This document shows positions 46,571-56,300 of a DNA stretch of 64,000 nt, one piece after another. The notes below the pieces were generated by a model. The model had not been told where the DNA came from and ran no database searches. It saw nothing but the letters and a program-made list of their open reading frames with translations. Source of the DNA: Acidobacteriota bacterium (GTDB taxonomy: Bacteria; Acidobacteriota; UBA6911; RPQK01; JAJDTT01). Location of the stretch: contig OY764083.1 in the NCBI GenBank assembly GCA_963668095.1, positions 738,322 to 802,321 on the forward strand, read 5' to 3'. How positions within the stretch are numbered: position 1 is the stretch's first letter; every line of letters starts with the position of its first letter. A program made the translations under genes and the position numbers.

Positions 46571-47692
46571 ATGGCTGAGAACTGGATCCTTTCGGTCAAC
46601 GACCTGAAGACCCATTTCTTCACTCGGGAGGGGGTCGTCCGGGCGGTGGACGGCGTCGGCTTCGACCTCGCCCCCGGACAGGTGCTGGGCATCGTCGGGG
46701 AGAGCGGCTGCGGCAAGAGCGTCACCGCCCTGTCCATCCTGGGTATCGTGGATCATCCGGGACGCATCGTCGAAGGCCGAATCCTGCTCCGCCCGGCGCA
46801 GGGGGGGCCTCCCGTGGATCTGGCTCGGCTGAACCCCAAGGGACGCCGGATCCGATCGATCCGAGGCGGGGAGATCGCCCTCATCTTCCAGGAGCCCATG
46901 ACCTCGCTGAGTCCGGTGCACACCATCGGCCAGCATGTTTCAGAAACCATTCGGCTGCATGGCGGCATGGGCCGGCGAGAGTCCCGGGAGCAGGCGGTAG
47001 AGGTTCTGCGCTCCGTGGGGGTCCCCGATCCCGAGCGAGGGGCGAAGCTCTACCCGTTTCAGCTCAGCGGCGGGCTTCGCCAGCGCGCCCTCATCGCCCA
47101 GGCCTTGGCCGGAGAACCCCGAATCCTCATCGCCGACGAACCGACGACGGCCCTGGACGTGACCACCCAGGCCCAGATTCTGGATCTGCTCCGGGATCTC
47201 CAGAAGCGGAGAGGGATGGCCATCATTCTCATTACCCACGACCTGGGCGTCATTGCGGAGATGGCCGACCAGGTCCTGGTGATGTACTTGGGTAGAGGCG
47301 TGGAGAGAGCGCCCGTCGATCGCATCTTCCACTCGCCCGAGCATCCCTACACCCGTGCCCTCCTGAACTCCATGCCCGGTCAGGGCGCCGCCGCGAAGCA
47401 GTCGCTTCCCAGTATCTCCGGCTCCGTGCCGCCCGCCTTCCGGCGGCCCTCCGGGTGCCCGTTCCATCCCCGTTGCCTGGAGTTCCTGGACGGAAGCTGC
47501 AACCGAATGGAACCGGAACCGGTCATGGTCCACCCGGACCACGAGGTGCTCTGCCTGCGCCGGGAGCCGGAAGAGCACGGTCATCCATCTTCGCTGGATG
47601 AACTGTCCGAAAACGGACAGTTTGTATCGAAACCGGACACTTTGTCCCGAAATCGGACACTTCAACCCCGAACCGAGAAGAATAGAGATTGA
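46571..47692 (+). CDS. ABC transporter ATP-binding protein (DppD/OppD-type)
   Basis: Start taken at ATG 46571 (MAENWILSVNDLKTHFFTREGVVRAV...). Earlier in-frame GTG 46526 / ATG 46544 would overlap the permease. Walker A GESGCGKS, signature LSGGLRQR, Walker B ILIADEPTTALD. The unusual about 30-aa C-terminal tail is encoded by 20-bp tandem repeats. Confidence 0.8.
   Translation: MAENWILSVNDLKTHFFTREGVVRAVDGVGFDLAPGQVLGIVGESGCGKSVTALSILGIVDHPGRIVEGRILLRPAQGGPPVDLARLNPKGRRIRSIRGGEIALIFQEPMTSLSPVHTIGQHVSETIRLHGGMGRRESREQAVEVLRSVGVPDPERGAKLYPFQLSGGLRQRALIAQALAGEPRILIADEPTTALDVTTQAQILDLLRDLQKRRGMAIILITHDLGVIAEMADQVLVMYLGRGVERAPVDRIFHSPEHPYTRALLNSMPGQGAAAKQSLPSISGSVPPAFRRPSGCPFHPRCLEFLDGSCNRMEPEPVMVHPDHEVLCLRREPEEHGHPSSLDELSENGQFVSKPDTLSRNRTLQPRTEKNRD
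47605..47670. repeat. three tandem 20-bp units (cgaaaNcggacaNtttgtNN) inside the 3' end of the first ABC ATPase gene
   Basis: Seen directly: ccgaaaacggacagtttgtat / cgaaaccggacactttgtcc / cgaaatcggacacttcaacc. They encode the low-complexity tail ELSENGQFVSKPDTLSRNRTLQ. Confidence 0.7.
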
Positions 47693-48714
47693 ATCCTGAG
47701 ATTCTTCTGGACGTCAGGAACCTGGCGAAACACTTCCCGGTCCGATCCGGCCCGTTCCAGCGGCCGGACGGCAAGGTCCAAGCCGTCACCGACGTCAGTT
47801 TTCACCTGAGCCAGGGAGAGTCCCTGTCACTCGTGGGGGAAAGCGGCTGCGGAAAGACCACGCTGGCGCGGACTCTTCTCCGGGGTTACGAGGCCACGGC
47901 CGGATCGGCTTGGTTCCGCACCGAAAAGGACGATGTCGTCGATTTGCTGAAACTCCCTCGCCGGCGGCTCAAACCATTGCGGCGGCAACTGCAGATGGTC
48001 TTCCAGGACCCCTACTCCTCCCTGAATCCCAGGATGACGGTTCAACAGATCATCGGCGAACCCTTGCGCATTCATGGCGAAGAGCTGGGCATCACCGCCC
48101 GGGAGGCACGCCGGGAACGTGTCCGTGAATTACTGTTGCAGGTGGGCCTCCGGCCCGAAGCGGCCCGGCGCTATCCCCATGCCTTCAGCGGCGGGGAGAG
48201 GCAGCGGATCGGAATAGCTCGAACTCTCGCCACCCGGCCCCGGCTGGTGATCGCGGACGAACCGGTTTCGGCACTGGACGTCTCCGTGCAGGCCCAGATC
48301 CTCAACTTGATGTTGGAACTGCAGAAGCGGTACCGGATCGGCACCCTGCTCCTGACTCACAACCTGATGGTGGTCCGCCAGGTCAGCGACCGGGTCGCCG
48401 TCATGTACCTGGGGAGGATCATGGAGACGGCCCCCACCGAGACCCTCTTCAAAAGTCCCTCACACCCGTATACGGCGGCTCTTCTCGACGCGGTCCCGCG
48501 GCCCGACCCCCGCGTCCGGAACCGTTCCAGAATCAAATTGAGCGGCGAAGTGCCCAGCCCGCGCGACCCGCCCCCTGGATGTCCCTTCCATCCCCGGTGC
48601 GCCCACGCCCAGGATCGATGCCGCAACGAGATGCCGGCCCTGGAGAAAGTCGCACCGGGTCACCGAGTCCGCTGCCATCTCTGGCGCGAACTGGACTTGA
48701 AAGGAATGGACTGA
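47689..48714 (+). CDS. ABC transporter ATP-binding protein (DppF/OppF-type)
   Basis: 341 aa. Apparent TTG start overlapping the previous stop (TTGA). Walker [10 protein letters not shown], signature FSGGERQR, Walker [14 protein letters not shown]-terminal oligopeptide-ABC C-domain with CPFHPRC. Confidence 0.8.
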   Translation: MNPEILLDVRNLAKHFPVRSGPFQRPDGKVQAVTDVSFHLSQGESLSLVGESGCGKTTLARTLLRGYEATAGSAWFRTEKDDVVDLLKLPRRRLKPLRRQLQMVFQDPYSSLNPRMTVQQIIGEPLRIHGEELGITAREARRERVRELLLQVGLRPEAARRYPHAFSGGERQRIGIARTLATRPRLVIADEPVSALDVSVQAQILNLMLELQKRYRIGTLLLTHNLMVVRQVSDRVAVMYLGRIMETAPTETLFKSPSHPYTAALLDAVPRPDPRVRNRSRIKLSGEVPSPRDPPPGCPFHPRCAHAQDRCRNEMPALEKVAPGHRVRCHLWRELDLKGMD

Positions 48715-48926
48715 CCTGGACTTCATTTCTCACCAAATTATTGAGCCCTTGGTGAAAATGATCTTCTTCTTTCGGAGCGGAGCCGAAACCATCCGTCCGT
48801 CAGGAATCACAGAGGACGGAAGCCTCGTCCCCCAAGACTTTGACCACCTGTGCCGGAGGGCCCCACGAAGGACGGAAATCGGCCAACGGTCTCTCCCGTT
48901 TCTTTTCGCTTTCCTCAGGCAGGAAC

Positions 48927-49003
<77 letters not shown>

Positions 49004-49081
49004 ACCGGATAGACAGCGAAGTGTAGCAGAACCGCCCCGGAAATGAGAGCGAACCTGCCAGGGAAAAAGGGGAATCGGAGA

Positions 49082-49156
49082 CGTCCCCAACGGGATTTGA
49101 ACCCGTGTTGCCGCCTTGAAAGGGCGGTGTCCTAGGCCAGGCTAGACGATGGGGAC
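49082..49156 (-). tRNA. tRNA-Glu (anticodon TTC)
   Basis: Reverse complement GTCCCCATCGTCTAGCCTGGCCTAGGACACCGCCCTTTCAAGGCGGCAACACGGGTTCAAATCCCGTTGGGGACG closely parallels canonical bacterial tRNA-Glu (GTCCCC...CCCTTTCA...GGGGACG). CCA is not encoded. Confidence 0.85.
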
Positions 49157-49258
49157 GTCAGATATGAAGCGCGCATTCTAGCAGCCGCTGCCGAGGCCTG
49201 TCCACCGGCCCTCACGCCCATTTCGGGACCATTGCGGCCGCTTGCTCATTCCCTGCGT

Positions 49259-49447
49259 CTAACGCCTGTCTGCGTGTTCTACGACCAGCGGAAAGCCGCA
49301 TTGCCGGCACCGGAGCCGGCGCCGAGCGTTGAGAATGCCGCACTCCGGGCACCGACGGTACATGACCCGGGCGAAGAGTTGGGTCAGCAGTGCACACCCG
49401 CCCAAGATCGCCACTACCAGCAGAATGCTCAGGATCGTCCCCGCCAT
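49259..49447 (-). CDS. possible small membrane protein with C-terminal zinc-ribbon (CPECG...CRQCG)
   Basis: 62 aa from ATG 49447 (MAGTILSILLVVAILGGCALLTQLFARVMYRRCPECGILNARRRLRCRQCGFPLVVEHADRR): one TM helix plus a CxxC...CxxC pair. Lies 5 nt downstream of the CbiX-like gene. The track ORF (to 49582) has a spurious N-terminal extension. Confidence 0.3.
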   Translation of the reverse strand: MAGTILSILLVVAILGGCALLTQLFARVMYRRCPECGILNARRRLRCRQCGFPLVVEHADRR

Positions 49448-49452
49448 GGGAT

Positions 49453-50451
49453 CTACCGGAAGGGAGAAAGCGTCTTTGCGACGGTGGAATCGGAACCCCG
49501 GGAGTTGGAAGAGCGAATCGAGGGAAAAGGGCTGGACCATCCCGCCCGCAAAAAGCAGTCCCGGGCCTGTTCCTGCAGCCACCGGGTCACGTTCCGATGA
49601 GGGAGCAGTCCTTTTCCTTCGGCGCGGTATTCCAATCCCTCGAGAACCTTCCCGTAGGGGCCGAATCCGAAAACTCGGAACGGCACCACCAGTACCCGTC
49701 CCTGCCGGCTCTGTTTCGAGACGAAACCCCGGATTCTCTCCTCGGCCAACCTGCGCTTGGCTTCCCAGTCTTCTCTCAAGGTCTCGACCCGAACCGCCCG
49801 GAACCGCCCCAGGACCTTCAGCCCCCGGGTCAGGCTCTCCATCCGGTCCTTCCAGTACTGGTCACGGGCGTCGGATTCGACTCCGTGTCCGATGACGAGC
49901 ACCGACTCGGCCGCCGGAGATTCGCTCAATGCCCGGACCCGGTCCAACAGCACATCCCCGGCCAGCCGTGAGTCCAGCAGACCCGCAGCGCTCAGGACGA
50001 CCTGCGACTCCAACTCGATGGGAGGGGGGATCTCCGCGCCTCTCAGCAACCGGACCGCATCGCGGGACATCGCCTGATGGTGATGTTCGGAATCGTGGTG
50101 CAGGAAGAACGGAGGAGGCTCGACCCTCACACCGAGCAGGTATTCGGTCTGGGACAGAAAGGATCTGCCGTCCACGAAGAGCCGGACCACGGCAATCTTT
50201 CGGACCCCCTGCGCCTCAAGCCGCAGAATGCCTTTGCGCAATGGCTCCCGTTGCGCCATTCCGTAGGCCACAACTACCGGACAAACATTTTCCAGCGGAG
50301 CCACGGCGTCCTTGACGGCCCGGTTCCATTGCTCGTCGCCGCCGTGAGCCATGATCAGCAGACCGACGTCGCGGGCGCCGCCGGCCGGCCCCTTGGACCA
50401 GACGGGCCCACCTCCCACCAACAAAACGCCGATCCACACCCATCGCCTCAT
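49453..50451 (-). CDS. CbiX/SirB-like (class II chelatase fold) protein with signal peptide
   Basis: Start ATG about 50451 (MRRWVWIGVLLVGGGPVWS...). Two half-domains with the CbiX-like His motifs LLIMAHGGDEQW and VLVIGHGVESDARDQ. The C-terminal 40 aa look low-complexity. Assignment inferential. Confidence 0.4.
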   Translation of the reverse strand: MRRWVWIGVLLVGGGPVWSKGPAGGARDVGLLIMAHGGDEQWNRAVKDAVAPLENVCPVVVAYGMAQREPLRKGILRLEAQGVRKIAVVRLFVDGRSFLSQTEYLLGVRVEPPPFFLHHDSEHHHQAMSRDAVRLLRGAEIPPPIELESQVVLSAAGLLDSRLAGDVLLDRVRALSESPAAESVLVIGHGVESDARDQYWKDRMESLTRGLKVLGRFRAVRVETLREDWEAKRRLAEERIRGFVSKQSRQGRVLVVPFRVFGFGPYGKVLEGLEYRAEGKGLLPHRNVTRWLQEQARDCFLRAGWSSPFPSIRSSNSRGSDSTVAKTLSPFR

Positions 50452-50736
50452 GGCACCACCCATCGTCTATTCAAGTTCACTGCCGAATGCATTGGCAGAC
50501 AGACCGCCCATTCTATCGAACCGTTTCCATTCCTAGCCGTCGCAGTAGATTGATTTCTGCGGCGCAGGCTCCAAGTCTTCGTCGGGGCGCCATAATGGAC
50601 CAGAACCCTGTCGAGATCAACATTGCCGCAATGACCCGTCTGATGCCTCTGGTGTCCATCTAGGATCCGAGTTTGGCATGCTCTTTCTTTCGGAGGGTTC
50701 CACCGGTGCGCGGCTACCATATCGGATCGAACTTCA

Positions 50737-50766
50737 TTGCTTGATATCAGGCTTCCTTGCTATAGT
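50737..50766 (+). promoter_or_regulatory. candidate sigma70-type promoter for the ferredoxin gene (-35 TTGCTT, 18-nt spacer, -10 TATAGT)
   Basis: Seen directly: cattgcttgatatcaggcttccttgctatagtggcg about 40 nt upstream of the fdx ATG (50803). RBS AAGGAG at about 50790. Confidence 0.3.
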
Positions 50767-50802
50767 GGCGGCCTCAACGGGTCCAGCACAAGGAGCACGG
50801 AA

Positions 50803-51168
50803 ATGACCTACATAGTGACCGAACGATGCGTTGACAACCGTTACACCGACTGTGTCGCCGACTGTCCAGTCGACTGCTTCTACGAGATTGAAGATCCTCA
50901 CATGCTGATCATCAATCCGGACGAGTGCATCGACTGCGACGCCTGCGTCTCGTTGTGCCCGGTCAACGCCATCTACCCCGAATCCGAGGTGCCGGAAGAG
51001 TACGAAGAGTGGATCGACATGAATGACGAGGAACTCTGCACCGACGACAATCGGATCACCGACACCGACGCGCCGCTGGACTCGGCCATCACCATCGAGG
51101 AAGTGAAAGCAAGGGAGGAAGAGGATTTCGGCGAGGCAGTGGAGGATCCATCCAGCGCCGCACACTGA
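50803..51168 (+). CDS. fdxA: 7Fe (3Fe-4S + 4Fe-4S) ferredoxin, Azotobacter FdxA-type
   Basis: ATG 50803 (MTYIVTERCVDNRYTDCVADCPVDCFYE...DECIDCDACVSLCPVNAIY): the classic CxxxxxxxCxxxCP + CxxCxxCxxxCP 7Fe-ferredoxin pattern. Acidic C-terminal tail. Confidence 0.85.
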   Translation: MTYIVTERCVDNRYTDCVADCPVDCFYEIEDPHMLIINPDECIDCDACVSLCPVNAIYPESEVPEEYEEWIDMNDEELCTDDNRITDTDAPLDSAITIEEVKAREEEDFGEAVEDPSSAAH

Positions 51169-51535
51169 ATTCTCCCCCTATCTGCTTGAGAGTCGATCCC
51201 GGATTCCCGGATCAGGACCGCCTGTTGTCTGAGGTCCCCCGGGATCGGGAGGAGGCCATTCGAGGAGTTTCCGGAGCGGGACCCCATCCGCTTGCATTTC
51301 CTGTCCCAGATCGAGTCTTTTTCAGGCGACGCGCCGACTTTCGTGGCTCCACGTGGGTGTGGAGTGCGGATGCTGCCTCCAATATCCCGCGTTGGACCTT
51401 CTTGTTTCCCCCTCGCAGATCCTCTGCCCCTTCCCTGCATTCGATCCGATCTTTCCCGGAGGTGCAAACCTGAGGTCCGGTCGTAGTAAACTGGCCAACA
51501 GGCGCGCGAACCGGCTGACAGGAGACAACTAAGCG

Positions 51536-52348
51536 ATGAAACGGAACAAGCTGAGAGAAGCGCTGAAGGCCGGGAGGCCCACCGTAGGGACCCACATCCA
51601 GAGCTCGTGGCCATCGGTGACGGAGATCATCGGGCACACGGGTGTCTTCGACTACATCGAATTCGTGGCGGAGTACGCCCCGTTTGACCTCTTCTCCCTG
51701 GAAAACGTGTGCCGGGCAGCAGAGTTGGTGGGGCTGTCCACCATGATCAAGCTGGACCAGGAGCCCAGGCGCTTCCTGGCTCAGAGGTCCATCGGAGCCG
51801 GTTTCGACAGCGTTCTGTTCGCCGACTGCCGGAATCCGGACGACGTGCGAGAGTGCGTTCGGGCGGTGAAGCCGGAAACTCCCACCGCCGGCGGCTACCA
51901 CGGAGTCGGAGTGCGCCGAAGCAGCTACGTGCATGGTTCCGGGCAACCGGACTACGCTCAGCAATTGGACGACGTGGTGATCGCGTTCATGATCGAGAAG
52001 CGTTCCGCAGTCGATGCGCTCGACGAGATCCTGGCCCTGGGAGGGGTGGACATGATCCAGTGGGGTCCCGCCGACTACGCCCTGAGCATCGGCCGCCCCG
52101 GTGAATTTCATGCTCCCGACGTTCGCGAAACGGAGCGCCGGGTCATCGCCACCTGCCTCGCCGCTGGCGTTCCGCCCCGAGCCGAGATCGAGAGCGTGGA
52201 CAGAGCCAAGTACTACCTGGATCTGGGGGTTCGCCACTTCTGCCTCGGCACCGACATCATGATTCTGTACCAGTTTCTGAGAAACCAGGGAGAGAAGCTG
52301 CAGGACGAGCTGGGAGAGACGCTCGGGGAGCGGCTGGCGGGGAGTTGA
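51536..52348 (+). CDS. HpcH/HpaI aldolase/citrate-lyase-family protein
   Basis: 270 aa, ATG 51536. MKRNKLREALKAGRPTVGTHIQSSWPSVTEIIGHTGVFDYIEFVAEYAPFD matches the HpcH/HpaI N-terminal consensus. The antisense 407-aa ORF 51212..52435 is rejected. Confidence 0.75.
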   Translation: MKRNKLREALKAGRPTVGTHIQSSWPSVTEIIGHTGVFDYIEFVAEYAPFDLFSLENVCRAAELVGLSTMIKLDQEPRRFLAQRSIGAGFDSVLFADCRNPDDVRECVRAVKPETPTAGGYHGVGVRRSSYVHGSGQPDYAQQLDDVVIAFMIEKRSAVDALDEILALGGVDMIQWGPADYALSIGRPGEFHAPDVRETERRVIATCLAAGVPPRAEIESVDRAKYYLDLGVRHFCLGTDIMILYQFLRNQGEKLQDELGETLGERLAGS

Positions 52349-52421
52349 CTCTCCCTGCGACGGTGCCGGCCCCGGAACTGAGGGTGAAAGACTGGCCGTT
52401 ACAGACCCACGGGAGGAGACA

Positions 52422-53495
52422 ATGCATCGATTCACATCCGTAACTCCAAGTCGCCGGTTCTCATGGGCCCTGACCGTCGCCCTCCTGGCCGGCCTGTGGG
52501 GATGCGCCCCAGCCCCCCCACCCGTCGAGGAACCGGCACCGCAGTGGCCTGAATTGGCAGGTTACGAGGCCATGTCGATACCCGAAGGCAACCCCATGAC
52601 GGTCGCCAAGATCGAGTTGGGGAAACAGCTCTACTACGACCCCCGGCTCAGCGGAGACGGAGTCCGCTCCTGCTACGGCTGCCACCTGAAGGAAAATGGT
52701 TTGACCGACGGAAAGCCCGTGGCCATCGGGGCTTTCGACAAGACCCTGACCCGGTCCAGCCCGACGCTGTGGAACATCGGATACCACTCCGAGCTGTACT
52801 GGGACGGACGCACCAAAGGCCTGGAAGCCCAGGTGAAGGGTGCCTGGCGCGGTGGAAACATGGGCGCCTCGGGTAAGGACGGCGCCCCCAGCATGGACGA
52901 TGTCTGTGCCAAGCTGAATGAGATCCCCGGTTACAGCGAGCAATTCCAGGCAATCTTCGGCGGCGAAGCCAATCCGGACCGCGTCGCCATGGCCGTGGCG
53001 TCCTTCATGCGGACCATCGTCGCCGTGGGCTCTCCCTGGGTCCGTTTCCGGGAAGGCGACGAGTCCGCCTTGAGCGAAGCGGCCCGCCGCGGCTATACGA
53101 TTTTCAGCGAGAAGGCCAAGTGCACCAACTGCCATGACGGCCTGCTCCTGACCGACCTCCAATACCACAACGTGGGCATCGGAATGGACGCCGAATCTCC
53201 GGACATCGGCCGGGCCAAGGTCTCTGGAGACGAAAAGGACACGGGCGCCTTCAAGACACCCACGCTCTTGGACATCGCGGAATCGGCGCCCTATTTTCAC
53301 AATGGGAGCGCCACGACCCTGGAAGACGCGGTTCAGGTGATGCTCGACGGGGGAAAGCCCAACCAGTGGCTTGACGAGGAGAACCTTCGAGAGACCAAGG
53401 AAGCCGATCTGACCGAAGAGGAAGTGGCCGACCTCCTGGCCTTCCTGCGCGAGCTTGACGTCGACTACGACGTCAGCCCGCCGGAACTTCCTTGA
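52422..53495 (+). CDS. di-haem cytochrome c peroxidase (CCP/MauG family), lipoprotein
   Basis: 357 aa, ATG 52422 with GGGAGGAG RBS. Lipobox LLAGLWGCA. Two haem c sites CYGCH and CTNCH. Conserved CCP blocks (WDGR..., FKTPTLLDIA, PYFHNGSA). Confidence 0.8.
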   Translation: MHRFTSVTPSRRFSWALTVALLAGLWGCAPAPPPVEEPAPQWPELAGYEAMSIPEGNPMTVAKIELGKQLYYDPRLSGDGVRSCYGCHLKENGLTDGKPVAIGAFDKTLTRSSPTLWNIGYHSELYWDGRTKGLEAQVKGAWRGGNMGASGKDGAPSMDDVCAKLNEIPGYSEQFQAIFGGEANPDRVAMAVASFMRTIVAVGSPWVRFREGDESALSEAARRGYTIFSEKAKCTNCHDGLLLTDLQYHNVGIGMDAESPDIGRAKVSGDEKDTGAFKTPTLLDIAESAPYFHNGSATTLEDAVQVMLDGGKPNQWLDEENLRETKEADLTEEEVADLLAFLRELDVDYDVSPPELP

Positions 53496-53645
53496 CAGCC
53501 CGAAGTGAAAGTCATCCCGGCATTCGACCGTCCCTGCGTCCTGCCGCTGCTGTCGTGCTGCTATCGGCTCACATACTCCCGGTATGCTCCCTCCGAAGCG
53601 CCTTGTCCGGCGGGCGCAGGAACGGTCTCGGGGCTCGCGGGACTT

Positions 53646-54437
53646 TCACCTCGGACTGTTGGCCGGGTTGTCGAGCAGACAGTCGTCGTTTTCCGGAACG
53701 ATGGGTGTGAAATCCCGGTGAGCGATCCACTCGGGACGTTTGAACCTGCGGATGTGATTGCTCACCTCACAGAGGCTCAGGTAGACGATGGTCCGGTTCC
53801 AGGGGCTGATGTTGGGCGGACTGGCGTGGACCAGATTTCCGTGAAACATGATCACGGACCCCGGAGGTCCCAGCGGCACCTCGATCCCCCCCTCGTTGGC
53901 CAATCGGGTGATGGTCGCCCGATCCAGCGTCCAGAGCGGATAGCTGGTGCTCTGCAGATCGTGCCCCGCTCGCAGCACACCCAGCCTGTGACTCCCGGGA
54001 ATGAACATGAGAGGGCCGTTGGCCGCGGTGACCAGGTCCAGGAAGACGGCTATGTTCATGGCGCGAGCCTCCGGCATGTGATCGTCCCGCTTCCAGGTGC
54101 CGTAGTCCTGATGCCATTGCCAGACCTCTCCGTCGAAGGCGGCCTTGGCGTTCACCTTGTATTGGTGCATGTACACCGGTCCATCCAGAATCTGCATGAC
54201 CGGCTCGATGAGCCGCGGATGGGCGCCCAGCAGGCGGAACGGTTCGCTGTAGGTGTGGGCGGCGAAGGCCGTCCGGGCGGCGCCGCTGCTCTCCCGCCAA
54301 ACCTCGGGCCGGTCCAGCCCGTAAATCCGGTGCGCTTCCGCACACAACGGCGCCACCTCCTCTTCCTGGAAACGACCAGGCAGAAAGAGGTAGCCGTCCT
54401 TTCGGAAGGCGTCCAGCTGCGCGGAAGTGAGCCTCAT
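53646..54437 (-). CDS. phytanoyl-CoA dioxygenase (PhyH)-family Fe(II)/2-oxoglutarate dioxygenase
   Basis: Start taken at ATG 54437 (MRLTSAQLDAFRKDGYLFLPGRF..., typical PhyH N-terminus). HxD...H facial triad candidates (WHQDYG ... HGNLVHAS). Confidence 0.7.
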   Translation of the reverse strand: MRLTSAQLDAFRKDGYLFLPGRFQEEEVAPLCAEAHRIYGLDRPEVWRESSGAARTAFAAHTYSEPFRLLGAHPRLIEPVMQILDGPVYMHQYKVNAKAAFDGEVWQWHQDYGTWKRDDHMPEARAMNIAVFLDLVTAANGPLMFIPGSHRLGVLRAGHDLQSTSYPLWTLDRATITRLANEGGIEVPLGPPGSVIMFHGNLVHASPPNISPWNRTIVYLSLCEVSNHIRRFKRPEWIAHRDFTPIVPENDDCLLDNPANSPR

Positions 54438-54625
54438 CCGGTTGAAATCTACCACAGATCCCCAGCAACCGGCACGGCCTGCGGCGGCCGCGTAAGGCAA
54501 GCCCCGTCAGGTGCCGGCGGCGGTCCGGACCGGACCGGCAACAGTCCGGACTAACTGCAGGAGGACCCATCCCCAAGCACCCGATCAGCGGAAATGTCCA
54601 AGGCATCCGGGCCTCGCAACGGCGG

Positions 54626-56248
54626 TTGCTGGAGCGCACCTATCGCCGCCGCGTCCCGCCGCAGCAAGCCGTGACCCCGGAACTGGCGCGGCATCTGACA
54701 TCGGCATCGCACGACCTGGGCCGGGAGGTCGGTGTCCTGATCGGGCGCGACGGCATCGTCCGAAACGTGATCGTCGGCAACGCCACCGGTCTCATGCTGC
54801 CGGACATCGGCCGTCTCCGCGGCGGGACCGGGCGATTTCGCGGACTGCGGCTGCTGCACACGCGCCTCCGGGGTTCGGCCCTCAACCACGATGACCTGAA
54901 CGACCTGGTCCTGCTTCGCCTCGATCTGGTCGCCGTCATCGAGGTCTTGGAAGGGGGCTGGCCGGGAAGGCTGGAAGCCGCCTATCTCGATCCCGGATCC
55001 CTGGCCGGCAGCGGCAACGGCGACGCAGCGGCCGAACCCTTCCTGAGAATCCGATCCCGTTCCGTTCATGACCTGGACCTGGATTTCCAGGCCACGATCC
55101 AGGCGCTGGAGCGGGAGTTCGCCCGGCTGGCCCGAAGGACCCGGGGACCGAAAGGCGCCGAGCGGGTCATGGTCGTCGGCCTCCGCCCCGAGGACGCCCA
55201 TTTTGCCGAAACTCTGGAACTGGTCCGCTCCGCCGGCGCCACCATTGCCGGACGGATGCGCCAACGCCGGCCCAGAATCCATCCGCGCACTGTTCTGGGC
55301 AAGGGCAAGCTGGAGGAGCTGGTCTTGGAGAGCATGCGCTGCAACGCCACCGCGGCCATCTTCGACATCGATCTGAAACCGGCGCAGGCACGTGCGTTCG
55401 AAGACCGGACCGGACTCAAGGCGGTGGACCGGACCCAGCTGATCCTGGACATTTTCGCCCAACGAGCCCGCAGCGCCGACGGCAAACTCCAGGTCGAACT
55501 GGCTCAACTGAAGTACTCCTTGCCTCGTCTGACCGAGAAGGACGAGGGGTTGTCCCGTCTCACCGGCGGCATCGGGGGACGGGGACCGGGCGAAACGGTC
55601 ATGGAAATCGGCCGGCGCCGGATTCGAACGCGAATCCGCCGGCTGGAGAAGCGGGTCGAACACCTCTCGCGTCAGCGCGAGCTCCGGCGCAGGCGTCGGC
55701 GGCGCCGGGGGCTTCCGGTGCTTTCCATCATCGGCTACACCAACGCCGGCAAGAGCACCCTCCTCAACGCCCTGACCAACAGCGTCATAAAGGCCGAGGA
55801 CAAGCTCTTCATGACCCTCGACCCCACCAGCCGGCGCCTTCGTTTCCCCCGGGAGGGAGAGGTTCTCATCACCGACACGGTCGGATTTATCGCCGAGCTG
55901 CCTCCGGACCTGATCTCCGCCTTCCGGGCAACACTGGAAGAGCTTTCGGACGCCAACCTCCTGCTCCACGTCATCGATGCCGCCGACCCGGAGATGGACG
56001 ACAAGATCCGGGCGGTGGAGATGTTGCTGGTCGATCTGGATCTGAACCGGATCCCGTTGGTGAAGGTGCTGAACAAGATCGATCTGTTGCCCCCGCAACA
56101 GGTGAATGCCCTCTGCGGCCGGATCGGTGGACTGGCGGTGAGCGCGACTCGACGCGAGGGGCTGGCGGAACTGGTGAAAACCGCTGAGGACCGGCTGGAA
56201 AAACCTGAGGCTCCCGGGTTGAATCCGATCTCGGGAATGTCGATTTAA
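54626..56248 (+). CDS. hflX: GTPase HflX
   Basis: 540 aa; apparent TTG start. HflX N-terminal domain, then G-domain motifs G1 GYTNAGKST, G3 DTVGF, G4 NKID. Confidence 0.8.
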   Translation: MLERTYRRRVPPQQAVTPELARHLTSASHDLGREVGVLIGRDGIVRNVIVGNATGLMLPDIGRLRGGTGRFRGLRLLHTRLRGSALNHDDLNDLVLLRLDLVAVIEVLEGGWPGRLEAAYLDPGSLAGSGNGDAAAEPFLRIRSRSVHDLDLDFQATIQALEREFARLARRTRGPKGAERVMVVGLRPEDAHFAETLELVRSAGATIAGRMRQRRPRIHPRTVLGKGKLEELVLESMRCNATAAIFDIDLKPAQARAFEDRTGLKAVDRTQLILDIFAQRARSADGKLQVELAQLKYSLPRLTEKDEGLSRLTGGIGGRGPGETVMEIGRRRIRTRIRRLEKRVEHLSRQRELRRRRRRRRGLPVLSIIGYTNAGKSTLLNALTNSVIKAEDKLFMTLDPTSRRLRFPREGEVLITDTVGFIAELPPDLISAFRATLEELSDANLLLHVIDAADPEMDDKIRAVEMLLVDLDLNRIPLVKVLNKIDLLPPQQVNALCGRIGGLAVSATRREGLAELVKTAEDRLEKPEAPGLNPISGMSI

Positions 56249-56300
56249 CAGCCGGCCGCGTTTCGTCGGCGGCTCTCGGACAAGCCCCTGGTTTCTCGAG

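Noticed and set aside
51212-52435. 407-aa minus-strand ORF
   Set aside because: Antisense shadow of the HpcH/HpaI aldolase gene. No motifs.
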